Below the pieces are notes generated by a model. That model was not told where the DNA came from. It searched no databases and was given only the letters and a program-made list of their open reading frames with translations. A program made the position numbers and the translations under genes. DNA of 63,907 nt from Octopus bimaculoides (lineage: Eukaryota), in assembly GCF_001194135.2 (NCBI RefSeq), contig NC_068993.1, positions 49,681,597 to 49,745,503 on the forward strand, written 5' to 3'. Below, in pieces: positions 53,561 to 63,907 of this stretch (position 1 is its first letter; each line of letters starts with the position of its first letter).

Positions 53561-55650
53561 CAGGTACTAATATGGCAACTGGTGGTGCTGGTGGCTATGG
53601 TGGCAGTGGTAGTAACATGGTTTAATTTAGAGAAAGACAACAAATCTGCAACAGCAGTTGGTTATCAAGAGTAGCCAAAATTTTTTCTCCTCTGCAGCAC
53701 TAGTCCACTTAGTAATATGATAAACCTATTCAGCAGGGTTCTTTTTGTGTTTTTCTTGCATAGAGCTATGTCCCTTACTATCTAGTAAAAAAAAAAGCAA
53801 CTTACACCCAGCTGCAAGGGGACCAGTTTCACAATTTTAGACATCATGCCACTGGAAAGACTACTTACTCACAGGTTCACAATCAAATTGGAATCGGGTG
53901 GCAATTGTCATGGTTTAAACAACTTTCAGGTACTGAAGTCATGCTACCTTTCCCCAGAATGAGCCAGTGATGTAGCCTCTAAAGGGGTACATAACCTGCT
54001 AGAATTCCCAGCCACATCTCTTTCAAAATGCCACCTACTCCTCTTCCTAGAAAAAAAACAAACAAAAACAAAACGGAAGGACACATTGGACATCGTATAC
54101 AAAAAAAGACAGGATGGTCATGGATAGGATTAAAGGTTTGGTTGATCAGGGTGGCTTGTAATTAATGAATGAGAGCATGAACAGAAAATGCAGTGCATGT
54201 GCTAAGGAATAACAAGCCATGCACAAGTCCACCGTTGACTGCCACAATCTTTCAGCCTCAATGATTTTATAATAGTATTGCAAAAGATGTTTGGAAAGGT
54301 GTAAAACAGCAGTAAATTGTTGACTCAAGATAGATGGATGGATGGATGGATGGACGGATGGATGAATGAATGGATGGAATTTGGTAAACAACATGCTGCT
54401 ATTGGTGGAATGAAATTTCTTGAAGAAGCTGTACAACCAGTGTTTCACCCCTGTAGAACAACACCAACATGCATTTCTTGTGATTCCTATTGACAGAGAT
54501 TTACTGTTTTCCTTTTGTTCTATTTCCCCGCCCTACTTCTTGACATAGATATTTTATGAATGGTAATCTTTCCCCTGCTGTGTTTTAAATAATCAATAAT
54601 AATTAGGAGATTCCATATCAAATTACTCTGGCTAAATACACAGGCACACAAACGTACAGGCGCACATACACACAGATATATACCTGCAACATAGTTGCAT
54701 GCATATGGGTATATATGTGCTCACACATATACAAACACATATATACATGTACACAGCATACAAATATATACATAGAGGAGCTTGCAAACATATATCTGAT
54801 GCTTATTTAAATATAAGTTAGGCACACACATGCACATACATATATGTATTTCTGTTTATATTGCACTTGCATACACACTCTTGGATACACAAATATACAT
54901 TAGTATTCTACAGAAAACTGCACGTTTATGGTGATACTTTTGATAATATATATTCACATGTATGTATGTGTGTACAAAATATATACATACTTGAGCACAT
55001 ATATTTATATATATATATATATATGTGTGTGTGTATGTGTGTTTGTGTGCATATGCGTGTATGTGTTCACATAACACAAAATGTTTATTTATAAATGCTT
55101 GTTATAAGTACATATATCTATTTATATATTGATAATTTTGTTTCTCAATATATGATTCATATAACTAAACATAGATTCATTCACATTCGTAGTCACATAT
55201 GTATAAGAGGGAACTACATAACAGTGCAAAACAATCGAAAGACAAAATAACTCGATACAATGGAATCATATATAACATTTACTTAAAGCTGAACACTCCA
55301 CAAATTGTGACTCTGAGTTTCGACATCTTAAATGATTCTCAAGCAATCAGTGAAGGGAATCAAATGAATTCACATTTGTGTACGGAAAAGAAACAAAATA
55401 ATAATAAAATGAAAATGGAATAAAAACCAGGGAATATCCAAATTAACAAAAGAAAACCATGCAACAGTTCACCTGCTAGGCATTTTGGAATAGTTCAAAG
55501 GGAAATTCTGATTTATTATGATAATTCTTTTTCTTTATATATATATATATACCAAAATTATATATATGTATACATACACATACAAAAATTACTGATAATA
55601 TACACCTATGTATCTATGTAATATGTATGTGTATATAGATATATATATAC

Positions 55651-55723
<73 letters not shown>

Positions 55724-56386
55724 CTGTGATGCATATTTAAACTACAAGTAACTCTTTAGAGCTACATGTATATCATACAGGCTTGCATTTATACACATAC
55801 AGGCAGGTATATATTACACTTTCCTCTGTGTGTGTATTATATACAAATGCATAAACTCTCACATGCGCACATACACAAATACACAAGAATTGAATGTAAG
55901 TTGTTTCTGACTGAAGATGCATGCTCACACACAACTGTCAAAGCCTCTTTAAGATATATCTGATTCCAAATAAATATTTTAATTTCATTCCTATCATCAT
56001 AATGGCTACTATGACTCCATTAGTAGCAAATTGGAAAGAATCTTGTGTTGAAAAATTTTACAAAATTATATATATGTATTTACATATATATGAAATTAGT
56101 TTAAAATTTCACATTTCTCAAGAGTTTTTCCAGAGTAAAGACGTAATTGCATATACATATGTAAACCTTTGTAAGTATGTAAACGTGTATGCATATGTAT
56201 GTATGTGTGAATGTTTTGTAAATATAATTTTGAAAATGTAATTATTGTGTTGTGTCATCTTACTGTGCAGTTAATGTGAAATTTATCCTGAAAGGAATAA
56301 TGTACTTACAATGGAGTTTCTTTAATTCTTCCTCTCTTTCTCTCTCTCTCTCTCTTTCTTATCATGACTTAATATCTAATGCTCAC

Positions 56387-56421
56387 CCCAAAATCAACAG
56401 GCTTGTTCGTTGCAGTAATGT
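56387..56421 (-). CDS. Candidate small exon 4 of the minus-strand cluster (35 nt; alternative in-frame acceptor gives 65 nt, to 56451)
   Basis: CTCGTTGTTGTTCGATGCAG|ACATTACT...TTTTGGG|GTGAGC; continues the frame as (D)ITATNKPVDFG. Confidence 0.35.
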
Positions 56422-56526
56422 CTGCATCGAACAACAACGAGCTGCTAAGCTCTGCTAACATGCTGCTTTTCAGAGGGAATGAAACCTGATCCATTTTTAC
56501 ATAGTTACTGAAATTTCCTGTCTTAC

Positions 56527-56540
56527 CCACCCACTGAGAC
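56527..56540 (-). CDS. Candidate 14-nt microexon (exon 3)
   Basis: CTCTCTGTATGTCTGTTTGCCTGTCTTCTGTCAACCAG|GTCTCAGTGGGTGG|GTAAGA. Confidence 0.4.
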
Positions 56541-56761
56541 CTGGTTGACAGAAGACAGGCAAACAGACATACAGAGAGCAGGCTAGCTGAGCTGGAGTAA
56601 TGAATTGTTGGTTGGTTATTGTTGCTGTCGATGTTGGATGTTGTTGCTGTACGAAGCTATTCAGAAAGACTTGTGAAAAAGGCTCTAGGGAGAAAAAGGA
56701 AGAAATGGATGTGTGTGAGAGAGAGGGAGAGAGAGAGAGAGAGAACGTGTGTGAAAGAGAG

Positions 56762-56810
<49 letters not shown>

Positions 56811-57019
56811 CAACAGAGTTGGGGCCATTGCGACACTGAATCACTATCATTTATATATGGATAATTCTTGTTGTTGTAGCTTGAATACACACACGCACAC
56901 ACGTGCGAACACACACACACACACGTGCGAACACACACATACACAAACACACAGCAAGTTGGAAACAGAAGGGCACATTCTCAAGAGCATGTGAGAACAA
57001 ATAGAGAAATATGACTCAC

Positions 57020-57046
57020 CTCTTTTTACCTACAACGAGCAAAGCT
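57020..57046 (-). CDS. Candidate 27-nt frame-preserving microexon (exon 2), phase 2-2, ALLVVGKK
   Basis: TTGTTTGTTTGCTTTTTTTCTTCTTCTTCAG|AGCTTTGCTCGTTGTAGGTAAAAAGAG|GTGAGT; near-consensus sites, length 3n, only one of three frames open. Confidence 0.55.
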
Positions 57047-57289
57047 CTGAAGAAGAAGAAAAAAAGCAAACAAACAAACAATCAATCATGCAATAATAAT
57101 AATAATAATAATTCTTGCCTGTTGAAAGCATCTCTCCTTACATCCTCCCACCCCTACCTCAACAGTTCCACTACTATTACTACCACCACTACTACTGTCG
57201 TCATCATCATCATCATCATCATCATCCACACTATTGGCTTAACTTCATCTCATCGGCTCATTATTTTCATCAACACTGTCACCCCTTAC

Positions 57290-57331
57290 CTTGCCCCTCC
57301 CCGAACTTTGATAACTCTCCATGGTTGCTGG
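57290..57331 (-). CDS. Candidate exon 1 of the cluster (42 or 38 nt, or a first exon from ATG 57342)
   Basis: Ends AAG|GTAAGG (GT at 57289); the phase-2 frame reads QQPWRVIKVRGGA(R). The acceptor CCAG|CCAG| has a weak pyrimidine tract. Confidence 0.35.
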
Positions 57332-57416
57332 CTGGCATGCATGCATCAACAGCTCACAGAGTCACATGTGGTGTTGTTTCTATTTGGGGGAGTGAGACTA
57401 TATATTTGTGCCCGTG

Positions 57417-57457
<41 letters not shown>

Positions 57458-57530
57458 NNNNNNNNNNNNNNNNNNNNNNNNNNNNNNNNNNNNNNNNNNN
57501 NNNNNNNNNNNNNNNNNNNNNNNNNNNNNN

Positions 57531-57571
<41 letters not shown>

Positions 57572-59459
57572 ATACACTGTTAGTTTTAAGCATTCATTCA
57601 ATTATTGAAGCAGAAATATTTGTTCATTTGCCAACACACACAAATGTTCACCCAAACAGAAGAATTAAACTCTTGCATGTATATATATATATGTGACTAA
57701 ATGCAGGTACCGTATGTGAATAGAAACACACACACATACACGACATAGCTGGACACTGTTGAATTTATCATGGAAAGGAGTTAGTTTTCAGAGAGAAAGT
57801 GGGGGTAAAGAGGAGGAGAGCCTTGTCGAAGTTGTGGATAACAAATGTTACTGTGGAATTGTTTGGATAGGTGGGTGTCCTGGCATTGCTTCAACGATTG
57901 GAAACGCTGGTTCTTGGGCCTTTCGTTAGATGCATGCATGTATGTGCTTGTTGTTTAGTTCCAGGTCAGCCCCAAACCAGTGAACCTTTGGTGAAAGGCA
58001 TTCTAACCACTACGGTCTTTTCTTTTATCCAGTCATATTGTATCTAGTCCTACATTATCCAATGTGTCCAGTTTTAAGATAATAAGGAATTATTTGAGGG
58101 TTATGAAGCTTGTGTGTGTGTATGTGGGGGATTCTTGTAGACTTACAGATAGCAGAATGTCTTTTTTTATTCTGTTTTCATGGATTCAGGCATTATTATA
58201 GGTTTTGGATTTTGTCACTTTACCATGAGTTGGAGAGGCTACATAGAACCTCGTTGTAGTCCTTTATCATCAGGCTCATATTGCAACACAGAAAACCAGC
58301 CATCTTTGTTCATGTGCATATTATGTTTTTATGGTGTTGTTTTATTTTTGTTCCATAGGTGGATGCCTTTCATATCATCAACAATTTTACAACATTGAAC
58401 GGGTGCAGTTTACAACAGGACTAAATAATCCTTTCTAACTCATACCACTTGGATAAGTACATTCTATCATGCCGTTAGTATTAGGGTGTTAGTTTGCAAC
58501 AGGACTAAATACTCTCTGTCTTGTATTAGTGTTTCTATTCACCCCCTAATCCACTTGCCAATACAGCAGCTTGCAGGGTTTATATTACCATTTTTTACTT
58601 CTTCTTTCCTAAAATATAGCTATTTATTCTCTTTTTTTTTTTGTTGGGGTGGGGTTCAATAAATTTCATATTGCAATTCACTGATACATCCCCTGCCTTA
58701 CTCATGCACACACAGAAAACACATTGTGTGTATGTGAGTGGTTTTTGAAAGGATTTTCCTAATATTATTGACAAGCATTTGTCAATAATTAATAAGTAAT
58801 TTTTTAAAATCCTTTAAATATAGGAATATATTTGTTTAGCTATTTATTACAGCAAATATAATTGTTTTGCTTTTGTGTGTATATTTTGTCATGAAATATA
58901 TCAATATGTATGAGTGTATGTATATATGTGTATGCATGTGTGTTTGTGCATGTCAGTTTGTCTGTACACATGTATAGACAAACTGACATAGGAGTGTAGA
59001 AAAATGAGGGCTTCTGAAGTAGGTAAATCCCTATTTTGGTGTGTATATGTGCGTGTGCATGCGTGTACATATATGTATATTATCATAGATATTCATATCT
59101 GGGTTAATGCTAACTGGAGACAAGTCAGGACTTGATTGACTCTGGAAGGGTCACCTAGGTGAGAGTGAAAGACCCAAAACATCCAATGATTCCAGGAAAC
59201 ATCACTGATAAAATGTCCAGGAGCATCAGCTGGAAAAACAAATATCGACCTACAAACACATACACACAACGATTGTTATTCTGGGTTTGATCCTACTGCA
59301 GGGCATTTTGTACAAGCCTCTTTTACCATATTCCAATGTTGTTCCAAATTTTACAAGTAAAAATTGGGTAGAGGGAAATTACATAGAAGCCTATCATATT
59401 ATTTACATATGTCATCCAAATTTTCAGTCTTGTCACAATTTGTTGAATGCTCAGTCAGT

Positions 59460-59679
59460 TTATTTAAGCCAGCCATATCCAGCCAAAATATACTACCAAT
59501 AGTTTTATGCTCAAACTGGCCAGGTCTGGCCTCTCACACTTACCTTATAGTATTATTCTAGAAATAAACAATCATGTCATTGAAATCTCAAAGTTACAAG
59601 ATAATGCATGATTAATTCAAAGGAATATGAGTAAATAAGCATTACATTGGACAGGGTGATCTGAATGTTAAAGGGTTAA
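59460..59679. mobile_element. piggyBac-type MITE (second family), left end degraded
   Basis: Ends CTGAATGTTAAAGGG-TTAA, the same AAAGGG|TTAA terminus as 48411-48421. The interior CCATATCCAGCCAAAAT...CTCAAACTGGCCAG matches a common octopus repeat as I recall it. Confidence 0.6.
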
Positions 59680-59833
59680 TGTATGTATGTATGGATATAT
59701 TTATATATATTTTACATAAGAATTGTAAAGCATATGCCAATATATGTTATTTATTACATGGAAAAATACAAGCAAGAGAAATAATATTCTTAAGATTATA
59801 AACCTGGAAAATTACAGGACAAGTTATTACTCT

Positions 59834-60524
59834 TGGAAAAGTTCAGGACAACTTATTACATCAGGTAAAGTACAGAACAAGAAAATTTTTACTTAAAATA
59901 TTGCAGCTGAGGATAAAAATTTCAAATAAAATATTTAGATTTAGAAAATATTAGCTTTTATTAAAACTAGAAATTTTATTAGGAGTTATTACTTGTTACT
60001 TCTATAAAAAGTAAAAAATAACTCAATTAAAATGTATTTTGCACTTTAAAAAAAATTCATTTTTTTAATTATCATTTAATAATCAGAAATTTGAAAATAA
60101 GTTATAAGAAATAATAGTAGTACATTGTAAAATAAATAGAATGATACAAAAATTAGTTATATACTACAGTAAAAAATAACAACAAATTCACAGTTAATTT
60201 GCTTGAGTTATTGCCAAGTCTTCAGATTTTTAGTCTTGACCCAATGCCTATTTTTTACATAATGAATTTGCCTACCATATATACTATTCTACTTTGCATA
60301 TAATTTTAGCTATATTGGTACTTCTGGCTTTCATTTTTTAAGTATTCTAGTGTGTCAATATTTTAACAAAATGATGGTACCTTTTTTAATTATAATGTTA
60401 CTTTGATAATTGAAATCAGATAATTTTTAATATTCAAATTTTATCCTTAGCCGCAATATTTTAACTAAAAAATTTTTTGTTCTGTACTTTACCAGATGTA
60501 ATAAGTTGTCCTGAACTTTTACCA
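59834..60524. mobile_element. AT-rich foldback/MITE-like element, ~690 bp, with ~100-bp inverted arms
   Basis: AAAAGTTCAGGACAACTTATTACATC(A/T)GGTAAAGTACAGAACAA...TTAAAATATTGC(A/G)GCT(G/A)AGGATAAAA at 59837-59930 is reverse-complemented at ~60430-60520. Confidence 0.8.
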
Positions 60525-60569
60525 TGTTGGATGGTTCAGCATGAACTGATGAACCAAAGAGCTGCGCCA

Positions 60570-61000
60570 AGTTCAAACGCTTGCTGTGACATGGTTTCTA
60601 TCACTGACTGCTGTTTCTAATTCCGGCCACTTCACAGAGTGGGTTGGGTGTGTTTTGTTTTTTGTAGTACCACCACTGATAAAGGTGACCAAGTACTGCA
60701 AGACAAGACTCCTAAACTGAGTGAGGTTATAGTATTGACGGATAATAAAGTAAGATAAAGGGACAGGAGCAGGTATCTTACTTAAGAAATGACCACATGG
60801 TTTGCTCATCTCGAAAGAGAGAGAGGGAGGTGTGAGGTCAAAGATGGAATAAGATAGAACAGATATGGTGCATGGGTAGGTAAGTGCACAAGAGTGAACA
60901 TAGTATGACAGATGATTGGAGATAGGGAGTGAATTGGATGCAGAGAATGTCACTTCAATAGAGGGGAAGTGAGAGAAGGAAATAGAGTACCACAAAAGAT
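60570..61000 (-). mobile_element. Probable decayed CR1-group LINE fragment (endonuclease-RT linker)
   Basis: ORF 60573-60995 ends IIRQYYNLTQFRSLV...KWPELETAVSDRNH, resembling the linker motifs ..Y..ADW..FR.. and PW....C..A...RN; similarity judged by eye only. Confidence 0.45.
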
Positions 61001-61364
61001 TGACTGAAGAACGAGTGCTAGAAGATGGGTTATGGGGAAAGGCCTACCAGAACTTCTATTCTGCTAAGATGGATGGATCTTCTCAAGCACAGAAGTTTTG
61101 AACTTCGTACGTTAATAACTTTTTTGTATCTTCTCCTGTTCCTCTTTCCAGCATGCCTAACTGTTTATCCCTATACATTTTTTCTCACTCTGTTTTTTTT
61201 TTTTTTGTTTTTTTTGTTCTATCTCCTTTTTTCCCTCTCAAACCTTTCTGTCAAAGAGTATTGGCTCAAACGTCAAAGACTTTTGTATTCTTCCTGAGCA
61301 TCAAACTAATACACCTATCTGCTGTTCCTTCACCTGTTTTCATCTTTTGTTTTCTGTAAATTCA

Positions 61365-61409
<45 letters not shown>

Positions 61410-62082
61410 CATATATATATGTATATATATATATATATGAGTGAAGGAAACAGAAAATGGAGTTCACAAGAATCTTTATTCATCACAATGATCGTTTTGA
61501 CCTATCCTGCATTGGTCACTTCCGGGTGGGATACTGTACAACTGGTTGTGCTGCATCCATCCTCTGGTGCAGAATGCATCTCATCGGGTGTCTTGTTTTA
61601 AATAAGCTACCTCACTAAATATACTTGGTTTCACTTGGCATGTTGTTGTTACCAGTAGGTTGTTGCTACTAACAGTGTACACAAAGTCCAAATAATTACT
61701 TATGTACACATCATGATACCGAAGAGGAACATTTAAACAAACGTTAACTACACACACACACATGCATGCGCACACACGCACTCACACACAAAACTGAAGC
61801 CTTGTCATTCTATCACTACTCTGAGTTTCCTTGTTTATTCTTCACAATGACTAAAGAAAGGAAATAATAAATTCAAACTGGTGATAGGATGAACTCAGAG
61901 CTTCTAAGAAATGAGTAAACTCTTTATTTTTTTTAATGTATTCTCTACTTTTTCATTAATTTTAAAATCAAAATGCGTGCACAAAAGCATTCATACACTT
62001 GGGTATTTATATAATTGCTCACATGAAGGTCTGTATATGCGTGTTAGTAAATATTTGCATTTTGATATGTATCTCACTGCAG

Positions 62083-62124
62083 TGGCTTGTAAAATCGTGG
62101 CCGAGTATGAAAAAGTCTCTGCGA
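62083..62124 (+). CDS. Candidate symmetric 42-nt exon
   Basis: TTTTGATATGTATCTCACTGCAG|TGGCTTGT...CTCTGCGA|GTAAGT; phase 1-1 gives ACKIVAEYEKVSA and phase 0 gives WLVKSWPSMKKSLR; three CpGs in 42 nt. Confidence 0.4.
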
Positions 62125-62239
62125 GTAAGTGTGTGTGTGTGTGTGAGACTGATTGTATACATTTCTGTGTTTATGTGTCTGTGTGTGTATACATATGCAT
62201 ACATTATATATGTATATATTGCTATACTGTTTGTGTGTG

Positions 62240-62278
<39 letters not shown>

Positions 62279-62618
62279 TGTGTGTGTGTGTGAGGTTGGG
62301 AAGGGGACAGTCGCGAGAATCTTAAGTATTTTTAGGTATTCCTCACATGAAATGCATAATAAAACCCCATGCAGAGCTAGAGGCAGGTGGAGGGGGTTGG
62401 GTGATCAACAAGTGGACTTTTGGGAATTTCTGCTGAAATCACCCAGGGAGGGCTGGCAATGAAGGAAGTAGAATTAATGAGATGTCTTGGAATGGTGGAT
62501 TGTCGGCTTTAAATGCAATAGCAATCAGTTTTCTCATGATAAGCAGTGCTAGGGAGATCTGTGCAATTAAGGATTTTTGCATTTTTGAAATGAAAGAAAT
62601 AAAGAGTGAGTGAGTAAG

Positions 62619-62657
<39 letters not shown>

Positions 62658-62739
62658 CACAGACAGACAAACGCAGTTTAGACAGAGAGTGAGAGATAAT
62701 TTCTTGCATTTATTTTTAATGTTTTAAAATCTGAATTTA

Positions 62740-62767
62740 ATTTTCCTTGCTTTCATTTTCTATTTTC

Positions 62768-62807
<40 letters not shown>

Positions 62808-63175
62808 TATCATTTTCTTCCTTCATCATTTGCCAATTGTATCCTCTATCTCCCTTCTTGCTGTTGCTTTTCTTTCTTCTTTCTTCTATTTTTTTATCTT
62901 CTATCACCTTCTATCTTCTTTATCTTTTTCTTCATCTATCTTACATTTTTGCTATCTACCATCTATCTTATTCCACTCTGTTTTCTGTATTTTTCCACCT
63001 TCTTTTCTTTCTTTCTTCCTCTATAGACTACCTTCTGCTATCTCATTCTTATATCCCATTATTCATTTGCTTCTATCACCTTCTTTAATCCTCTTCTATA
63101 ATATCTGCTATCGCTCTTCACCAAATTCTTCTACTGTTCTTCATCCTCCATCACCATATTCTTCATTTTGACAGT
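62740..63175. repeat. (ATT)n followed by a pyrimidine-skewed low-complexity tract
   Basis: Direct reading; similar skewed tracts at 15450-15720, 28380-28740 and 43305-43580. Confidence 0.8.
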
Positions 63176-63769
63176 TCCATTGGGAGATATTTTGAAGATT
63201 TTGACTAATTTTTTTTCCCCACTCCTTTTAAAAATATATTAAAAATCCAACTAATAAATACTTTTTCCCTAATCATTTTACCTTTTATGTTTTTATTTAT
63301 TTTCATTATATACTGAAAAGATAACGAACACTGAACATGTCTAATTAGTTTTCAAACACCTTGTGACATTTCCAATCCCTTTCTTAATTGGTCATGGGCC
63401 AACTCATGTCAGTCTGGTTCCTGTTGCATGTTGTTTTATTATTGGAATTTGATTTTTTTTTTCTTTCCCTTTTATCACTACACACGTTAATACTCATTCA
63501 TGTGTGCATATGTATAAATGTGTGTATTTATATGTATACATATATACAATTTTATATATATATACACATGTACACATGTTGTATGTGTGTGTGTACATGT
63601 ATCAATATGCATGTGAATGTACACATGTATGTATGATTATGCATGCTCCTACTAATATAATGGAGGATGTACATACATTTTTGCATACTGACATGCACAT
63701 GCAATGCGCTTAAGATGCTTAACATGGATGTCATTGGAACACAGATGACAAATTGATAGTGTCATTAGA

Positions 63770-63890
63770 GCCATGGACAGGACACTGAACAGTTTTTGTT
63801 TCAGCTCTTGGCACTCTGAGTTCAAATCTTGCTGAAGCCAGCTTTACCTTTTATTTCTTCAGGGGTGATAATATAGCAGTTAAATATTAC
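63770..63890 (+). mobile_element. Family B SINE, partial and diverged (another partial copy at ~47915-48015)
   Basis: CTGAGTTCAAATCTTGCTGAAGCCAGCTTTACCTTTTATTTCTTCAGGGGTGATAA. Confidence 0.55.
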
Positions 63891-63907
63891 TGATAATTTC
63901 TCCTCCC

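Noticed and set aside
53860-54075. Strong minus-strand acceptor TTTTTTTTCTAG at ~54049
   Set aside because: It derives from the T-run of a family D repeat, and all frames are closed before any donor.
57290-57325. Perfect Kozak ACCATGG giving MESYQSSGRGK as the start of the minus-strand gene
   Set aside because: That phase-0 frame hits a stop in the 27-nt exon (SFARCR*) and also when that exon is skipped (..EQAC*); at most a uORF.

Overview
This is 64 kb of AT-rich, repeat- and microsatellite-dense eukaryotic DNA with 10 assembly gaps. The repeat families (tRNA-headed SINEs with an internal microsatellite, Meta-domain-like SINEs, RTE LINEs with (GAT)n tails, TTAA-flanked MITEs) match what I recall from octopus/coleoid cephalopod genomes; this is recall, not a search result. 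There is no long intact protein-coding ORF. Most of the ORF track is translated (TA)n/(CA)n/(GA)n or purine/pyrimidine-skewed sequence, and the only protein-like ORFs are decayed RTE and CR1-group LINE fragments. The window reads like the interior of one or more very long introns. The most interesting signals are splice architecture. (1) A + strand YnCAG|GTAAGT site at 19261-19268 has a 135-nt AG-free zone upstream and a second donor 72 nt downstream, the layout of a recursive-splice (ratchet) point with its cryptic RS exon. (2) A - strand cluster of four tiny exon candidates (38/42, 27, 14, 35 nt) at 56387-57331 joins into one stop-free frame. (3) A symmetric 42-nt + strand exon candidate lies at 62083-62124. 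There are also three foldback/MITE elements with long inverted repeats, and a piggyBac-type MITE whose TTAA duplication can be read out of the LINE it interrupts. No gene name can be assigned, and none of the exon calls is validated.
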